In this document: one piece after another, positions 41,061-58,500 of the stretch | Position numbering within the stretch: the stretch's first letter is position 1 | How the letters are laid out: every line of letters starts with the position of its first letter | Assembly: GCA_964016885.1 (NCBI GenBank) | Contig: CAXHJY010001188.1 | Location: 13,954 to 77,953, forward strand | Source: Eledone cirrhosa | Taxonomy: Eukaryota | Direction: 5' to 3' | Length of the DNA: 64,000 nt | The notes under the pieces: generated by a model | Told to the model about the DNA's origin: nothing | What the model saw: the letters and a program-made list of their open reading frames with translations, nothing else | Databases searched by the model: none | Made by a program: the position numbers and the translations under genes

Positions 41061-41672
41061 ATGGTGGCTGCCAACTCGTTTTCGAGTACGGCCATTACTT
41101 TATATCCATGTAGGAGAACCCCTACCGATGCGCTGAACGAGTGTGACTTTTTAGTCCAGCCAGCGATTTGAAAAACTATGGTACAAACACTACACTTGTG
41201 ACAATTATTGACACATAGTGCTTTGCCTTTGGTACCATGTGACGACAAGTGCAGAGATATCTCCAGATATAAAGCAATGCCTGTGCCGTGAATATTTTAT
41301 AGTGAGCAAAGGCACTGCACAAAGCCAGTCCCACTCTCTTAACCAAGATAATATTTACCAAAAAGAAGAACAAGTCAACATCATTGGATACCATCAGGGT
41401 TGCAGGTGTTATATCAGAGTTGTCCTTCTCCTAGAATTCTGCCTTGACAAAGGCTAAGGGGTCACCTCTCCCGCTGATTTTGGATGGCTATTGACTCTTA
41501 ATAGCCCCTTTCCCTTTTGACATGTTTTGTTTTTAGTCCTGCAGGATGTCCAAAGCCACCCTCCTCACCAAAAAACCTTGGTGGGGTTGTCAGTTTAGTC
41601 GCCAACGACCCGACCATGAGACAGGTTGTACTGGGATACATGTTACCAGTAGCACCAACTGGTGACCTGGCA
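41061..41672 (-). mobile_element. Probable 5' region of an RTE-clade LINE, copy 1
   Basis: Minus-strand CTAGGAGAAGGACAACTCTGA resembles, from memory, a motif of RTE 5' regions. 41061-41495 is duplicated at 41804-42235, with a diverged relative at about 47440-47575. Confidence 0.5.
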
Positions 41673-41803
41673 CATATATACATATATATACATATATATA
41701 TACATATATATATATACATACATATATATACATATATATATATACATATATATATACATACATATATATATATACATATATATATACATACATATATATA
41801 TAC

Positions 41804-42235
41804 ATGGTGGCTGCCAACTGGTTTTCGAGTACGGCCACTACTTTATATCCATGTAGGAGAACCCCTACCGATGCGCTGAACGAGTGACTTTTTAGTCCAG
41901 CCAGCGACTTGAAAACTCTGGTACAAACACTACACTTGTGACAATTATTGACACATAGTGCTTTGCCTTTGGTACCATGTGACGACAAGTGCAGAGAGAT
42001 CTCCAGATACAAAGCAATGCCTGTGCCGTGAAGCTTTTATAGTGAGCAAAGGCAATGCACAAAGCCAGTCCCACTCTCTTAACCAAGATGATATTTACCA
42101 AAAAGAAGAACAAGTCAACATCATTGGATACCATCAGGGTTGCAGGTGTTATATCAGAGTTTTCCTTCTCCTAGAATTCTGCCTTGACAAAGGCTAAGGG
42201 GTCATCTCTCCCACTGATTTTGGATGGCCATTGAC
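41804..42235 (-). mobile_element. Direct duplicate of 41061-41495
   Basis: Near-identical ~430-bp copy with scattered substitutions and small indels. Confidence 0.9.
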
Positions 42236-46238
<4,003 letters not shown>

Positions 46239-46432
46239 CTTTAGGCTTGTTGGTTCACCACTGGATAGAACTGGTTATTCCGTAAGGTCAATCCTGGTGT
46301 AGTATTGTGAAGATTAATCAACGCAGTGCAGTTCACCCATCTTCGTTTGTGTAGTTGGTGGTGTGAATACGGAGTTAATTATAAAAGAAATAACAGGAGG
46401 GGGGACTGGTGTAAATCCTTGAAAGGTTTATT

Positions 46433-46490
46433 ATACTATGATCATTTCAATGACCGGGTTCCATATGAATGCGGTGATATCATCAGGTAT
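46433..46490 (-). ncRNA. Putative minimal type I hammerhead ribozyme (mirror copy)
   Basis: Reverse complement reads ATAC-CTGATGA-TATCACCGCATTCATATGGAACCCGGTCATT-GAAA-TGATCA-TA-GTAT. The core is intact and the differences lie in stem II. Confidence 0.6.
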
Positions 46491-46764
46491 TGGAATATAA
46501 CAAAGGAATATGTAAAAAGCCATGGGTCCGAAAAAGGCATGGGTCCGAGAAACCAGAGACAGAGGGGACGGCTGACCAACTAGCTTCACAGCCATCCGCC
46601 CTCAAAGTGTTGGCAACTGAAAACTATCAGTGAATATCTGGTGAGGGGGCAAAGGCTTATAACGTACTACCACCACTCTGTCTCTGGTTTCTCGGACCCA
46701 TGGTTTTTCGAACCCATGTTTTTTCGGACCCATGGCTTTTTACATACTCTTTTGTTATATTCCA

Positions 46765-46822
46765 ATACCTGATGATATCACCGGATTCATATGGAACCCG
46801 GTAATTGAAATGATCATAGTAT
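46765..46822 (+). ncRNA. Putative minimal type I hammerhead ribozyme
   Basis: Stem I ATAC/GTAT; core CTGATGA (46769-46775); stem II ATCACCGG...CCGGTAAT; GAAA (46807-46810); palindromic stem III ATGATCAT; AUA triplet with predicted cleavage after 46818; U.U at 10.1/11.1. Confidence 0.65.
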
Positions 46823-47104
46823 AATAAACCTTTCAAGGATTTACACCAGTCCAGCCTCCTGTTATTTCATTTATATATATATATATATATAAATATATAT
46901 ATAAACTTATACATATATAAATATATATAAACTCATACATATATAAATATATATATATATATATATAACAAAAGCACAAAGAGGGTGTTGCAAGATTCCA
47001 GGTGGACCATAACGCACCAGAATACTGAATGCTTAGCGCAGTAGAGTGAGTAATAGGAAAAGAGTCAGGACCCCGACGGCTGAGCTCCGGCCGTCTCCAC
47101 AGCT

Positions 47105-47317
47105 AGATCCGAACCTTTTTGGTTTGGAAATATGTCCTTGTTGCACTTGCGGTACAAGGAGGCACGAATAATCGCAGCAGAGACAGTAAAGGGGGCCAAA
47201 GTTAAGATACGGGAGGACTTTAAGGTTAAATTGGAATAGGACGTCAGCTCAGCATCTAAACTCTTCTGGTAGACCATCCACCGACTTCGTAATAAGAAGC
47301 CCTCCTCCCCACCTGCT
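47105..47317 (+). pseudogene. Decayed RTE-clade (Rex3/Expander-like) LINE ORF fragment, endonuclease-RT linker
   Basis: The frame from 47141 reads LHLRYKEARIIAAETVKGAKVKIREDFKVKLE*DVSSASKLFW*TIHRLRNKK, resembling the recalled motif AKxRxWEEFGExMExDxRSASKxFWQTVRRLR. It has two stops. Confidence 0.65.
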
Positions 47318-47590
47318 ACATATATATAAATACTTATACATATATACATGTATATATACACGCACACATACTTATGTGTTGAGTATGGCCATTGCACGAC
47401 AAACCATTATCAATAATTATTAACTAATTATATCGTGCAATTCCTGTGCTGCGTGAAGATTTTTTTTAAAGTGAGGAAGATTGTGCACTGAGCCAATCCC
47501 ACTCTCTGAGCGACAGTAGCTATAACCCGAAAAGAAGAATAGATCAACATAATCGGTAACTACTGAGCCGAGCCGCATTTTTTCTGTTAT

Positions 47591-47622
<32 letters not shown>

Positions 47623-47682
47623 TTATTTTTTCATACATATGTTTATACGCGTATATATGTATAAATACATTAATATTTACAT

Positions 47683-47715
<33 letters not shown>

Positions 47716-47818
47716 CAGACACACACAAATATATATATACATTATATACATTAAGATTAGTCAAATCGACCGAGGAATTGCTAATACTATCTGTCTGTAG
47801 CAAATCCAGGTAGAAGGA

Positions 47819-47901
47819 GCAACGCATTGCCCGGTCCTGGAATCGAACTCATGACCTCACAATTTCGAATCCAATTCTCTAACCACACAGCCATGCGCCT
47901 T
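47819..47901 (-). mobile_element. tRNA-derived SINE head
   Basis: Minus strand AGGCGCATGGCTGTGTGGTTAG (A-box) ... GAGTTCGATTCCAG (B-box). A similar head lies at 61352-61430 (+). Confidence 0.7.
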
Positions 47902-48571
47902 CACACACACAACACACAACACACACACACACACACGATATTAACCAATGGAAACTATATTTATAAAACCATATCTATTTTATTATACATATTTCAAGGA
48001 TACCATGTTAAATTATGGTATGCTTTCATCAGACAAAATACAATATAATCCAGTTTTATAAATAAATTTTAACATACCCTTTCAAAATGCAACCGTTACT
48101 TTTGGAAGACATCAGGATATTGGGTTTGTTTACCTTAGTTAGTCATTGTGTTACGGAGAAGGAAAAAGACGGAGAGATAGAGAAAAACCGAGAGAGAGAA
48201 AAGTTGAGAAAGAAAGGGAGATATAAAGAAAGAAAAAGAGAAAAAAGATATATATATATATATATAATCTATGCAGACATTGGTGTCACGTCCACCTAGG
48301 TTTAAGCGTTAATTCTACCAACTTCCTCTAAACAGCCACCAAATACAGTACACTATGTCTCCTACTCTGTCAATACAGCCAGCGATATCGTCTTTCTAAA
48401 AAAAATCCCTAAGATTAGTAGTAAGGTTTAGCAAGTTGTAAAATCCTTTGGACAACACTAATTAAATAAAACGAGATATTTATGGAAGTTCTACAGTCTC
48501 ACGATACAATACCCAAGCAAGCACCCCTCCCCTTCTTTATTTTACTGGATTTTAAGAAATGTAAACTTTCT

Positions 48572-50805
48572 AAGGTGGCTAATTGGCAGAGTTGTTAACA
48601 CGTTTGATAGAATGTTTTGCTGTGTTCGTTTCAACTTTCTGCCGAGGTCAACTTTTCCTTTCATCCTTTCGAGTTTGGAAAATAAATATCTAGTCAAAAA
48701 CCGGGGTCGATTTTTCCTCCGAGATCAGCTTTGCCTTTTATTTCCTTCGAGGTTGGAAAATAAAGCACTAGTTCAGTATAGGGGTGGTTTTTTTTCCTCC
48801 GATGGGAACTTTACCTTTCATCATATCGAGGATGAAATATAAAGAACCCGACCCAAACAACGGTCGATTCTTCCTCAGCGGTCAAATTTGCCTTTCATCC
48901 TTTCAGGTTTGAAAAATAAAGAACCAGTCCAAACCTGGGGTCGATTTTTCCGCCATGGTCAACTTTCTGGGTGCGATTGCGAACGCCGCCGCAAAACCGG
49001 CCGGTCGAAACGGGCCGGCCCGCAGCGACGCCGCCGCAACGGAGAGACGCAGAATGCTCTCGCCTCTACTGCGCCTACCGTGTGCCCTTACCAGGGTCTT
49101 CTTTCCCCGCCGATCCGTCCATGCCCGTTCCCTTGGCTGAGGTTTCGCTAGACAGTAGATGCGGACAGTTGGAATCTCGTTGATCCGCTCATGCGCGTCA
49201 CTAATTAGATGACAAGGCATTTGGCAACTTAACTGACATTCCATGGCGAGTTGCCTTTTCCTTTGTTTTTGTATGTGGGCGGTCCCACGAGCCACGCCGA
49301 TAGCAGACGCGCATATCGACGTACCCACTGTCCCTCCGGTGTAAAAAAAAAAAAAGTCTTATCTATAAACTAAATGCCCGAGCTCAGTTTCCTTCCTTTA
49401 TAGTAGCAGACGAGACGGTGGGTTAAATCTTTGCCAACTGGCAACCTTCGAGGCTGGAAAATAAAGTACCAGTACAATACTGGGTTCGTTTCTTCCTCCG
49501 AGTTCAACTTTACCTTTTATCCTTTGAGGTTTGGAAAATAAAGAACCAGTCCAAAACTGGAGTCAATTTTTCCTCCGTGGTCAACTTTGCCTTTCATCAT
49601 TCGAGGTTGAAAAATAAAGCACCAGTCCAGTACTTGTGTCGTTTCTTTCTTCGAAATCAACTTTGCCTTTCATGCTTTCGAGGTTGAAAAGTAAAGCACC
49701 AGTCCAGTACTTGTGTCGTTTCTTTCTTCGAAATCAACTTTGCCTTTCATGCTTTCGAGGTTGAAAGATAAAGCACCAGTCCAGTACTTGTGTCGTTTCT
49801 TTCTTCGAAATCAACTGCCTTTCATGCTTTCGAGGTTGAAAAATAAAGCACCAGTCCAGTACTTGTGTCGTTTCTTTCTTCGAAATCAACTTTGCCTTTC
49901 ATGCTTTCGAGGTTGAAAAGTAAAGCACCAGTCCAGTACTTGTGTCGTTTCTTTCTTCGAAATCAACTTTGCCTTTCATGCTTTCGAGGTTGAAAAATAA
50001 AGCACCAGTCCAGTACTTGTGTCGTTTCTTTCTTCGAAATCAACTTTGCCTTTCATGCTTTCGAGGTTGAAAAGTAAAGCACCAGTCCAGTACTTGTGTC
50101 GTTTCTTTCTTCGAAATCAACTTTGCCTTTCATGCTTTCGAGGTTGAAAAATAAAGCACCAGTCCAGTACTTGTGTCGTTTCTTTCTTCGAAATCAACTT
50201 TGCCTTTCATGCTTTCGAGGTTGAAAAGTAAAGCACCAGTCCAGTACTTGTGTCGTTTCTTTCTTCGAAATCAACTTTGCCTTTCATGCTTTCGAGGTTG
50301 AAAAGTAAAGCACCAGTCCAGTACTTGTGTCGTTTCTTTCTCCGAAATCAACTTTGCCTTTCATGCTTTCGAGGTTGAAAAGTAAAGCACCAGTCCAGTA
50401 CTTGTGTCGTTTCTTTCTTCGAAATCAACTGCCTTTCATGCTTTCGAGGTTGAAAAGTAAAGCACCAGTCCAGTACTTGTGTCGTTTCTTTCTTCGAAAT
50501 CAACTTTGCCTTTCATGCTTTCGAGGTTGAAAAGTAAAGCACCAGTCCAGTACTTGTGTCGTTTCTTTCTTCGAAATCAACTTTGCCTTTCATGCTTTCG
50601 AGGTTGAAAAATAAAGCACCAGTCCATTACAGGGGTCGCTTTTTCCTCTGCGGTTAGCAAATAAAGTACCAGTCCAGTACTGGGGTCGATCCTTCCTCCG
50701 AGCGGAACTTTACGTTTCATCTTTTCGCGGCTGGAAAATGAAGTACCAGTCCAGTACTGGGGCCGTTTCTTCCTTCGAGGTCAACTTTGTCTTTCATCCT
50801 TTTGA
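48572..50805 (+). repeat. 77-bp tandem array of the SINE central core (about 21 units), homogeneous at about 49590-50630 and interrupted at 48967-49445
   Basis: Unit aactttgcctttcatgctttcgaggttgaaaagtaaagcaccagtccagtacttgtgtcgtttctttcttcgaaatc, at 49659, 49736 and onward. A SINE head lies at 48572-48640. Confidence 0.92.
48967..49232 (-). rRNA. 28S (LSU) rDNA fragment, non-functional dispersed copy
   Basis: Minus strand 49232-49092 reads TTAAGTTGCCAAATGCCTTGTCATCTAATTAGTGACGCGCATGA...GGGGAAAGAAGACCCTG, the conserved eukaryotic LSU core. It is followed by a diverged L1-stalk-like segment and a GC-rich hairpin (48977-49039) resembling an expansion segment. Confidence 0.92.
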
Positions 50806-50889
50806 CAGGAACAAATACCACAAGGTACCCTAGTCCATGTTTTAACAATTCTGCCGATGAATAAACCTAGATTGCTGCTTTTATTTATC

Positions 50890-51010
50890 TACTTACTTCG
50901 AAAGGAGGAAAGTTGAAGTTGACTCGACGGGTGGTGAACTCGGGACGCACAGAGTGAAAAATAATGCTTCAGAGTATTTAATCAGATGCTCTACCGATTC
51001 TGCCAGGCCA
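50890..51010 (-). mobile_element. Diverged SINE 5' half
   Basis: Minus strand TGGCAGAATCGGTAGAGC head and GAGTTCACC B-box-like motif. Confidence 0.6.
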
Positions 51011-52045
51011 ATACTTCGCCTGGACAGATGGAGGGGGGGGGGCGACGAAAAAGAAAGACAAAGAAGAAGAAAAAGACGAAGAAGAAGACAAAGAAAGACG
51101 ATAAAAAAGAAAGACGAAGAAACACAAAGACGAAGAAGAGGAAGACGATGACGACGAAAAAGAAGAAGACGAAGGAGGAGGAGGTAATGGTGGTGTTGGA
51201 GGTGTTGGTGGTGTTGGTAAGGGTGGAGGGTATTGGTGGCGGTGAAAGAAACTAAACTAAAACTAACCATCATTACTTTGTCATTAGTTTTTGTGCATAT
51301 ATTCTTTGATAAATGTGGCGAAACAAGAGTGCAGGTTTCGGTGGCATCGCTTATATTCTTTGCTGTAAATAGAAACAACTAGAATGTCTATTATACCAGT
51401 AAAGCACTTCAGAAATGATCATGACCCGTGGAGCAGGGAGAGACCATTTTACTTGTTCGTCCATTCGGCCATTGCGACATTTAAAATGGCTGCTTATTTT
51501 AGTCGGGTAAAAAAAAATGATAATAGAGAGAGGCAGATAGAGAGATAGAAAGAATTGGATAAAAAGTAGACGATTGAAATTTGAAAGCGTCTATTTTGTT
51601 TTTATATTATATATTTTATATTATATTACTATTTTTTTATATTTTATTCTATTTTTCTCCATTATTATTTGTTGTGTGTGTTTTTTTTAACGATGAAAAA
51701 TATCCTCAACGATTTTTTTTTTAAACAAAGAAAGCAAAATGTGAAGTGAAGTGAACCACCGAAATCTTTTCTTGTAAGATGTTTTAATTCTTTAAAGTAA
51801 ACAAACAAACAAACAGATAAATAATTGAACGAATAATAACGATAATAATAATATGATGATGATGATAATTTTTTTTAAATATAAAAAAGAAGACGAATCG
51901 AAAAGATGAAAAAACAAAACCAAGCCAATCATTAAATGTAATTCATGGCACCCTGATTACTTTAAGAAATCTTAAAAGTTGAAAATAAAAGCCAAACTAA
52001 CCAACCAACAAACAAACAACAGCAACAATGGCGATAATAATAATG

Positions 52046-52085
<40 letters not shown>

Positions 52086-52349
52086 GGGGGAAGGATGAGG
52101 AGGATTATGATGATGATGATGAAGACGATGATGATGATAAAGCCAATGAATAGATAAAGGTTCCTCGGAGTTTTGATAAAGAAGAGAAACAAAATCAAAA
52201 GATATTAAAAAATGGCGCAGAATGAAAAATAAAATATGAACAAAAAAAAAAAAAATTAACTGAAAAATATAGCAGAAAAAAAATATTGATAAATGTAAAT
52301 AATAAAAAGAGAGAAAACGATGAAGATGTAAAGATAAAAGTAAACTTTA

Positions 52350-53680
<1,331 letters not shown>

Positions 53681-54259
53681 CTCATATCTGTGACTCATGG
53701 ATCAGCACCCCTCTAAGGTTTACGCCTCTGTGTAGTCTGCACCTCTGAGCCGCTCTGAGATGTGCGCCTTAGACGGCTACCTAGTTAGCCTTAATGGAAG
53801 CACCGGGCCTACCATTACACTTGCAATTATTTCAGTTAAATATATGCTTAATGCTTATTCCCAGTCAGGTGGATTAATTAGACTTAGGTTGTTGTTTTTT
53901 TTAAATCAAACAAACAAACTTCATTACGGACAGGGAAATTCTCTGATTGGAATCAGTAACCACAGATGTAGAAGAAAGGAAGGAAAGGGCTAAAGGAATG
54001 TGAAAGAAAACAAAACTATCCCAGCTGAGATTAACAAAGAAATGGATACGGACTTTGGAATCAAAGAGAAAAGAGGATTTTCAAAATTCTTTAAATACGT
54101 TCAATTTTGCAGTCTGTTCACCACCACCACCACCACCACCACCACCAATAACAACAACAGCACCACCACCACCACCACCAATAACAACAACAGCACCACC
54201 ACCACCACCACCAATAACAACAACAGCAGCACCACCACCACCACCACCACCACCACCAC

Positions 54260-54564
54260 CATCATCATCAACAACAGAGCCATTACCAAGTATATCATCA
54301 TCATCATCATCAACAGTATTGTCATCTTCACCATTACCATCATCATCATCAACAGAGCCATCGCCAAGTATAACACCACCACCATTACCATCATCATGAT
54401 CATCATCATCATCAACAGAACCATCACCAAGTATAACACCACCACCATTACCATCATCATCATCATCATCATCATCAACAGAGCCATTACCAAGTATAAC
54501 ACCACCACCATTATCATCATCATCATCAACAGAGCCATTACCAAGTATAACACCACCACCATTA

Positions 54565-54595
<31 letters not shown>

Positions 54596-54741
54596 CAGAA
54601 CCATCACCAAGTATAACACCACCACCATTACCATCATCATCATCATCAACAGAGCCATTACCAAGTATAACACCACCACCATTACCATCATCATCATCAT
54701 CATCAACAGAACCATCACCAAGTATAACACCACCACCATTA

Positions 54742-54772
<31 letters not shown>

Positions 54773-54867
54773 CAGAGCCATTACCAAGTATAACACCACC
54801 ACCATTACCATCATCATCATCATCATCATCAACAGAACCATCACCAAGTATAACACCACCACCATTA

Positions 54868-54898
<31 letters not shown>

Positions 54899-55557
54899 CA
54901 GAACCATCACCAAGTATAACACCACCACCATTACCATCATCATCATCATCATCAACAGAACCATTACCAAGTATAACACCACCACCATTACCATCATCAT
55001 CATCATCATCAACAGAACCATCCCCAAGTATAACACCACCACCATTACCATCATCATCATCATCAACAGAACCATCACCAAGTATAACACCACCACCATT
55101 ACCATCATCATCATCATCAACAGAACCATCACCAAGTATAACACCACCACCATTACCATCATCATCATCATCAACAGAACCATCACCAAGTATAACACCA
55201 CCACCATTACCATCATCATCATCATCATCATCAACAGAGCCATTACCAAGTATAACACCACCACCATTACCATCATCATCATCATCAACAGAACCATCAC
55301 CAAGTATAACACCACCACCATTACCATCATCATCATCATCATCATCAACAACAGAGCCATTACCAAGTATAACACCACCACCATTACCATCATCATCATC
55401 ATCAACAACAGAACCATTACCAAGTATAACACCACCACCATTACCATCATCATCATCATCAACAACAGAGCCATTACCAAGTATAACACCACCACCATTA
55501 CCATCATCATCATCATCATCAACAGAACCATCACCAAGTATAACACCACCACCATTA

Positions 55558-55588
<31 letters not shown>

Positions 55589-58500
55589 CAGAACCATTAC
55601 CAAGTATAACACCACCACCATTACCATCATCATCATCATCATCAACAGAACCATCACCAAGTATAACACCACCACCATTACCATCATCATCATCATCATC
55701 ATCAACAGAGCCATCACCAAGTATAACACCACCACCATTACCATCATCATCATCATCATCATCATCAACAGAACCATCACCAAGTATAACACCACCACCA
55801 TTACCATCATCATCATCATCATCATCAACAGAACCATCACCAAGTATAACACCACCACCATTACCATCATCATCATCATCATCATCAACAGAACCATCAC
55901 CAAGTATAACACCACCACCATTACCATCATCATCATCATCATCATCATCAACAGAACCATTACCAAGTATAACACCACCACCATTACCATCATCATCATC
56001 ATCATCATCATCAACAGAACCATTACCAAGTATAACACCACCACCATTACCATCATCATCATCATCATCATCATCAACAGAACCATCACCAAGTATAACA
56101 CCACCACCATTACCATCATCATCATCATCATCATCATCAACAGAACCATCACCAAGTATAACACCACCACCATTACCATCATCATCATCATCATCAACAG
56201 AGCCATTACCAAGTATAACACCACCACCATTACCATCATCATCATCATCATCATCAACAGAACCATTACCAAGTATAACACCACCACAATTAACATCATC
56301 ATCATCATCATCAACAGAACCATCACCAAGTATAACACCACCACCATTACCATCATCATCATCATCATCAACAGAACCATCACCAAGTATAACACCACCA
56401 CCATTACCATCATCATCATCATCATCATCAACAGAACCATTACCAAGTATAACACCACCACCATTACCATCATCATCATCATCATCATCATCAACAGAAC
56501 CATCACCAAGTATAACACCACCACCATTACCATCATCATCATCATCATCATCAACAGAACCATTACCAAGTATAACACCACCACCATTACCATCATCATC
56601 ATCATCATCAACAGAACCATCACCAAGTATAACACCACCACCATTACCATCATCATCATCATCATCAACAGAACCATCACCAAGTATAACACCACCACCA
56701 TTACCATCATCATCATCATCATCAACAGAGCCATCACCAAGTATAACATCACCACCATTACCACCATCATCATCATCATCATCATCAACAGAACCATCAC
56801 CAAGTATAACACCACCACCATTACCACCATCATCATCATCATCATCAACAGAACCATCACCAAGTATAACACCACCACCATTACCATCATCATCATCATC
56901 ATCAACAGAACCATCACCAAGTATAACACCACCACCATTACCATCATCATCATCATCATCAACAGAGCCATCACCAAGTATAACATCACCACCATTACCA
57001 CCATCATCATCATCATCATCATCAACAGAACCATTACCAAGTATAACACCACCACATTACCATCATCATCATCATCAGAACCATCACCAAGTATAACACC
57101 ACCACCATTACCACCATCATCATCATCATCATCAACAGAGCCATCACCAAGTATAACACCACCACCATTACCACCACCATCATCATCATCATCAACAGAA
57201 CCATCACCAAGTATAACATCACCACCATTACCACCACCATCATCATCATCATCATCAACAGAGCCATCACCAAGTATAACATCACCACCATTACCATCAT
57301 CATCATCATCATCATCATCAACAGAACCATTACCAAGTATAACACCACCACCATTACCACCACCATCATCATCATCATCATCAACAGAACCATCACCAAG
57401 TATAACACCACCACCATTACCACCACCATCATCATCATCATCATCAACAGAACCATTACCAAGTATAACACCACCACCATTACCACCATCATCATCATCA
57501 TCATCATCAACAGAGCCATTACCAAGTATAACACCAACACCATTACCACCATCATCATCATCATCAACAGAACCATCACCAAGTATAACACCAACACCAT
57601 TACCACCATCATCATCATCATCAACAGAACCATCACCAAGTATAACACCACCACCATTACCACCATCATCATCATCATCATCATCAACAGAACCATTACC
57701 AAGTATAACACCACCACCATTACCATCATCATCATCATCATCATCATCAACAGAGACATTACCAAGTATAACACCACCACCATTACCATCATCATCATCA
57801 TCATCATCATCAACAGAGACATTACCAAGTATAACACCACCACCATTACCATCATCATCATCATCAACAGAGCCATCACCAAGTATAACACCACCACCAT
57901 TACCATCATCATCATCATCAACAGAACCATCACCAAGTATAACACCACCACCATTACCACCATCATCATCATCATCATCATCAACAGAACCATTACCAAG
58001 TATAACACCACCACCATTACCATCATCATCATCATCATCATCATCAACAGAGACATTACCAAGTATAACACCACCACCATTACCATCATCATCATCATCA
58101 ACAGAGCCATCACCAAGTATAACACCACCACCATTACCATCATCATCATCATCAACAGAACCATCACCAAGTATAACACCACCACCATTACCATCATCAT
58201 CATCATCATCATCATCAACAGAACCATTACCAAGTATAACACCACCACCATCATCATCATCATCATCATCAACAGAGCCATCACCAAGTATAACACCACC
58301 ACCATTACCATCATCATCATCATCATCATCAGAACCATCACCAAGTATAACACCACCACCATTACCATCATCATCATCATCATCATCATCAACAGAACCA
58401 TTACCAAGTATAACACCACCACCATCATCATCATCATCATCATCAACAGAGCCATCACCAAGTATAACACCACCACCATTACCATCATCATCATCATCAT

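Larger units (their letters stand above)
46380..46875. repeat. Long inverted repeat (arms 46380-46567 and 46673-46875, spacer about 105 bp), Penelope-like remnant
   Basis: The arms are highly similar reverse complements. The right arm has one extra copy of the tttttcggacccatg sub-repeat. Confidence 0.9.

Noticed and set aside
47819-47901. Possible tRNA gene (also 61352-61430)
   Set aside because: A and B boxes are present but there is no consistent cloverleaf or acceptor stem. It matches SINE heads.
49086-49236. 28S core apparently flanked by splice signals (CAG|TTAAG ... CCCTG|GTAAG on the minus strand) near known rDNA intron positions
   Set aside because: The sequence after GTAAG aligns better as continued diverged 28S after a short deletion. 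No upstream 28S exon, branch point or group I core is visible.
49324-49335. CCCACTGTCCCT, matching canonical 28S near the R1 target site, on the strand opposite the rDNA fragment
   Set aside because: Only 12 bp and noticed post hoc, so it cannot be distinguished from chance without a search.
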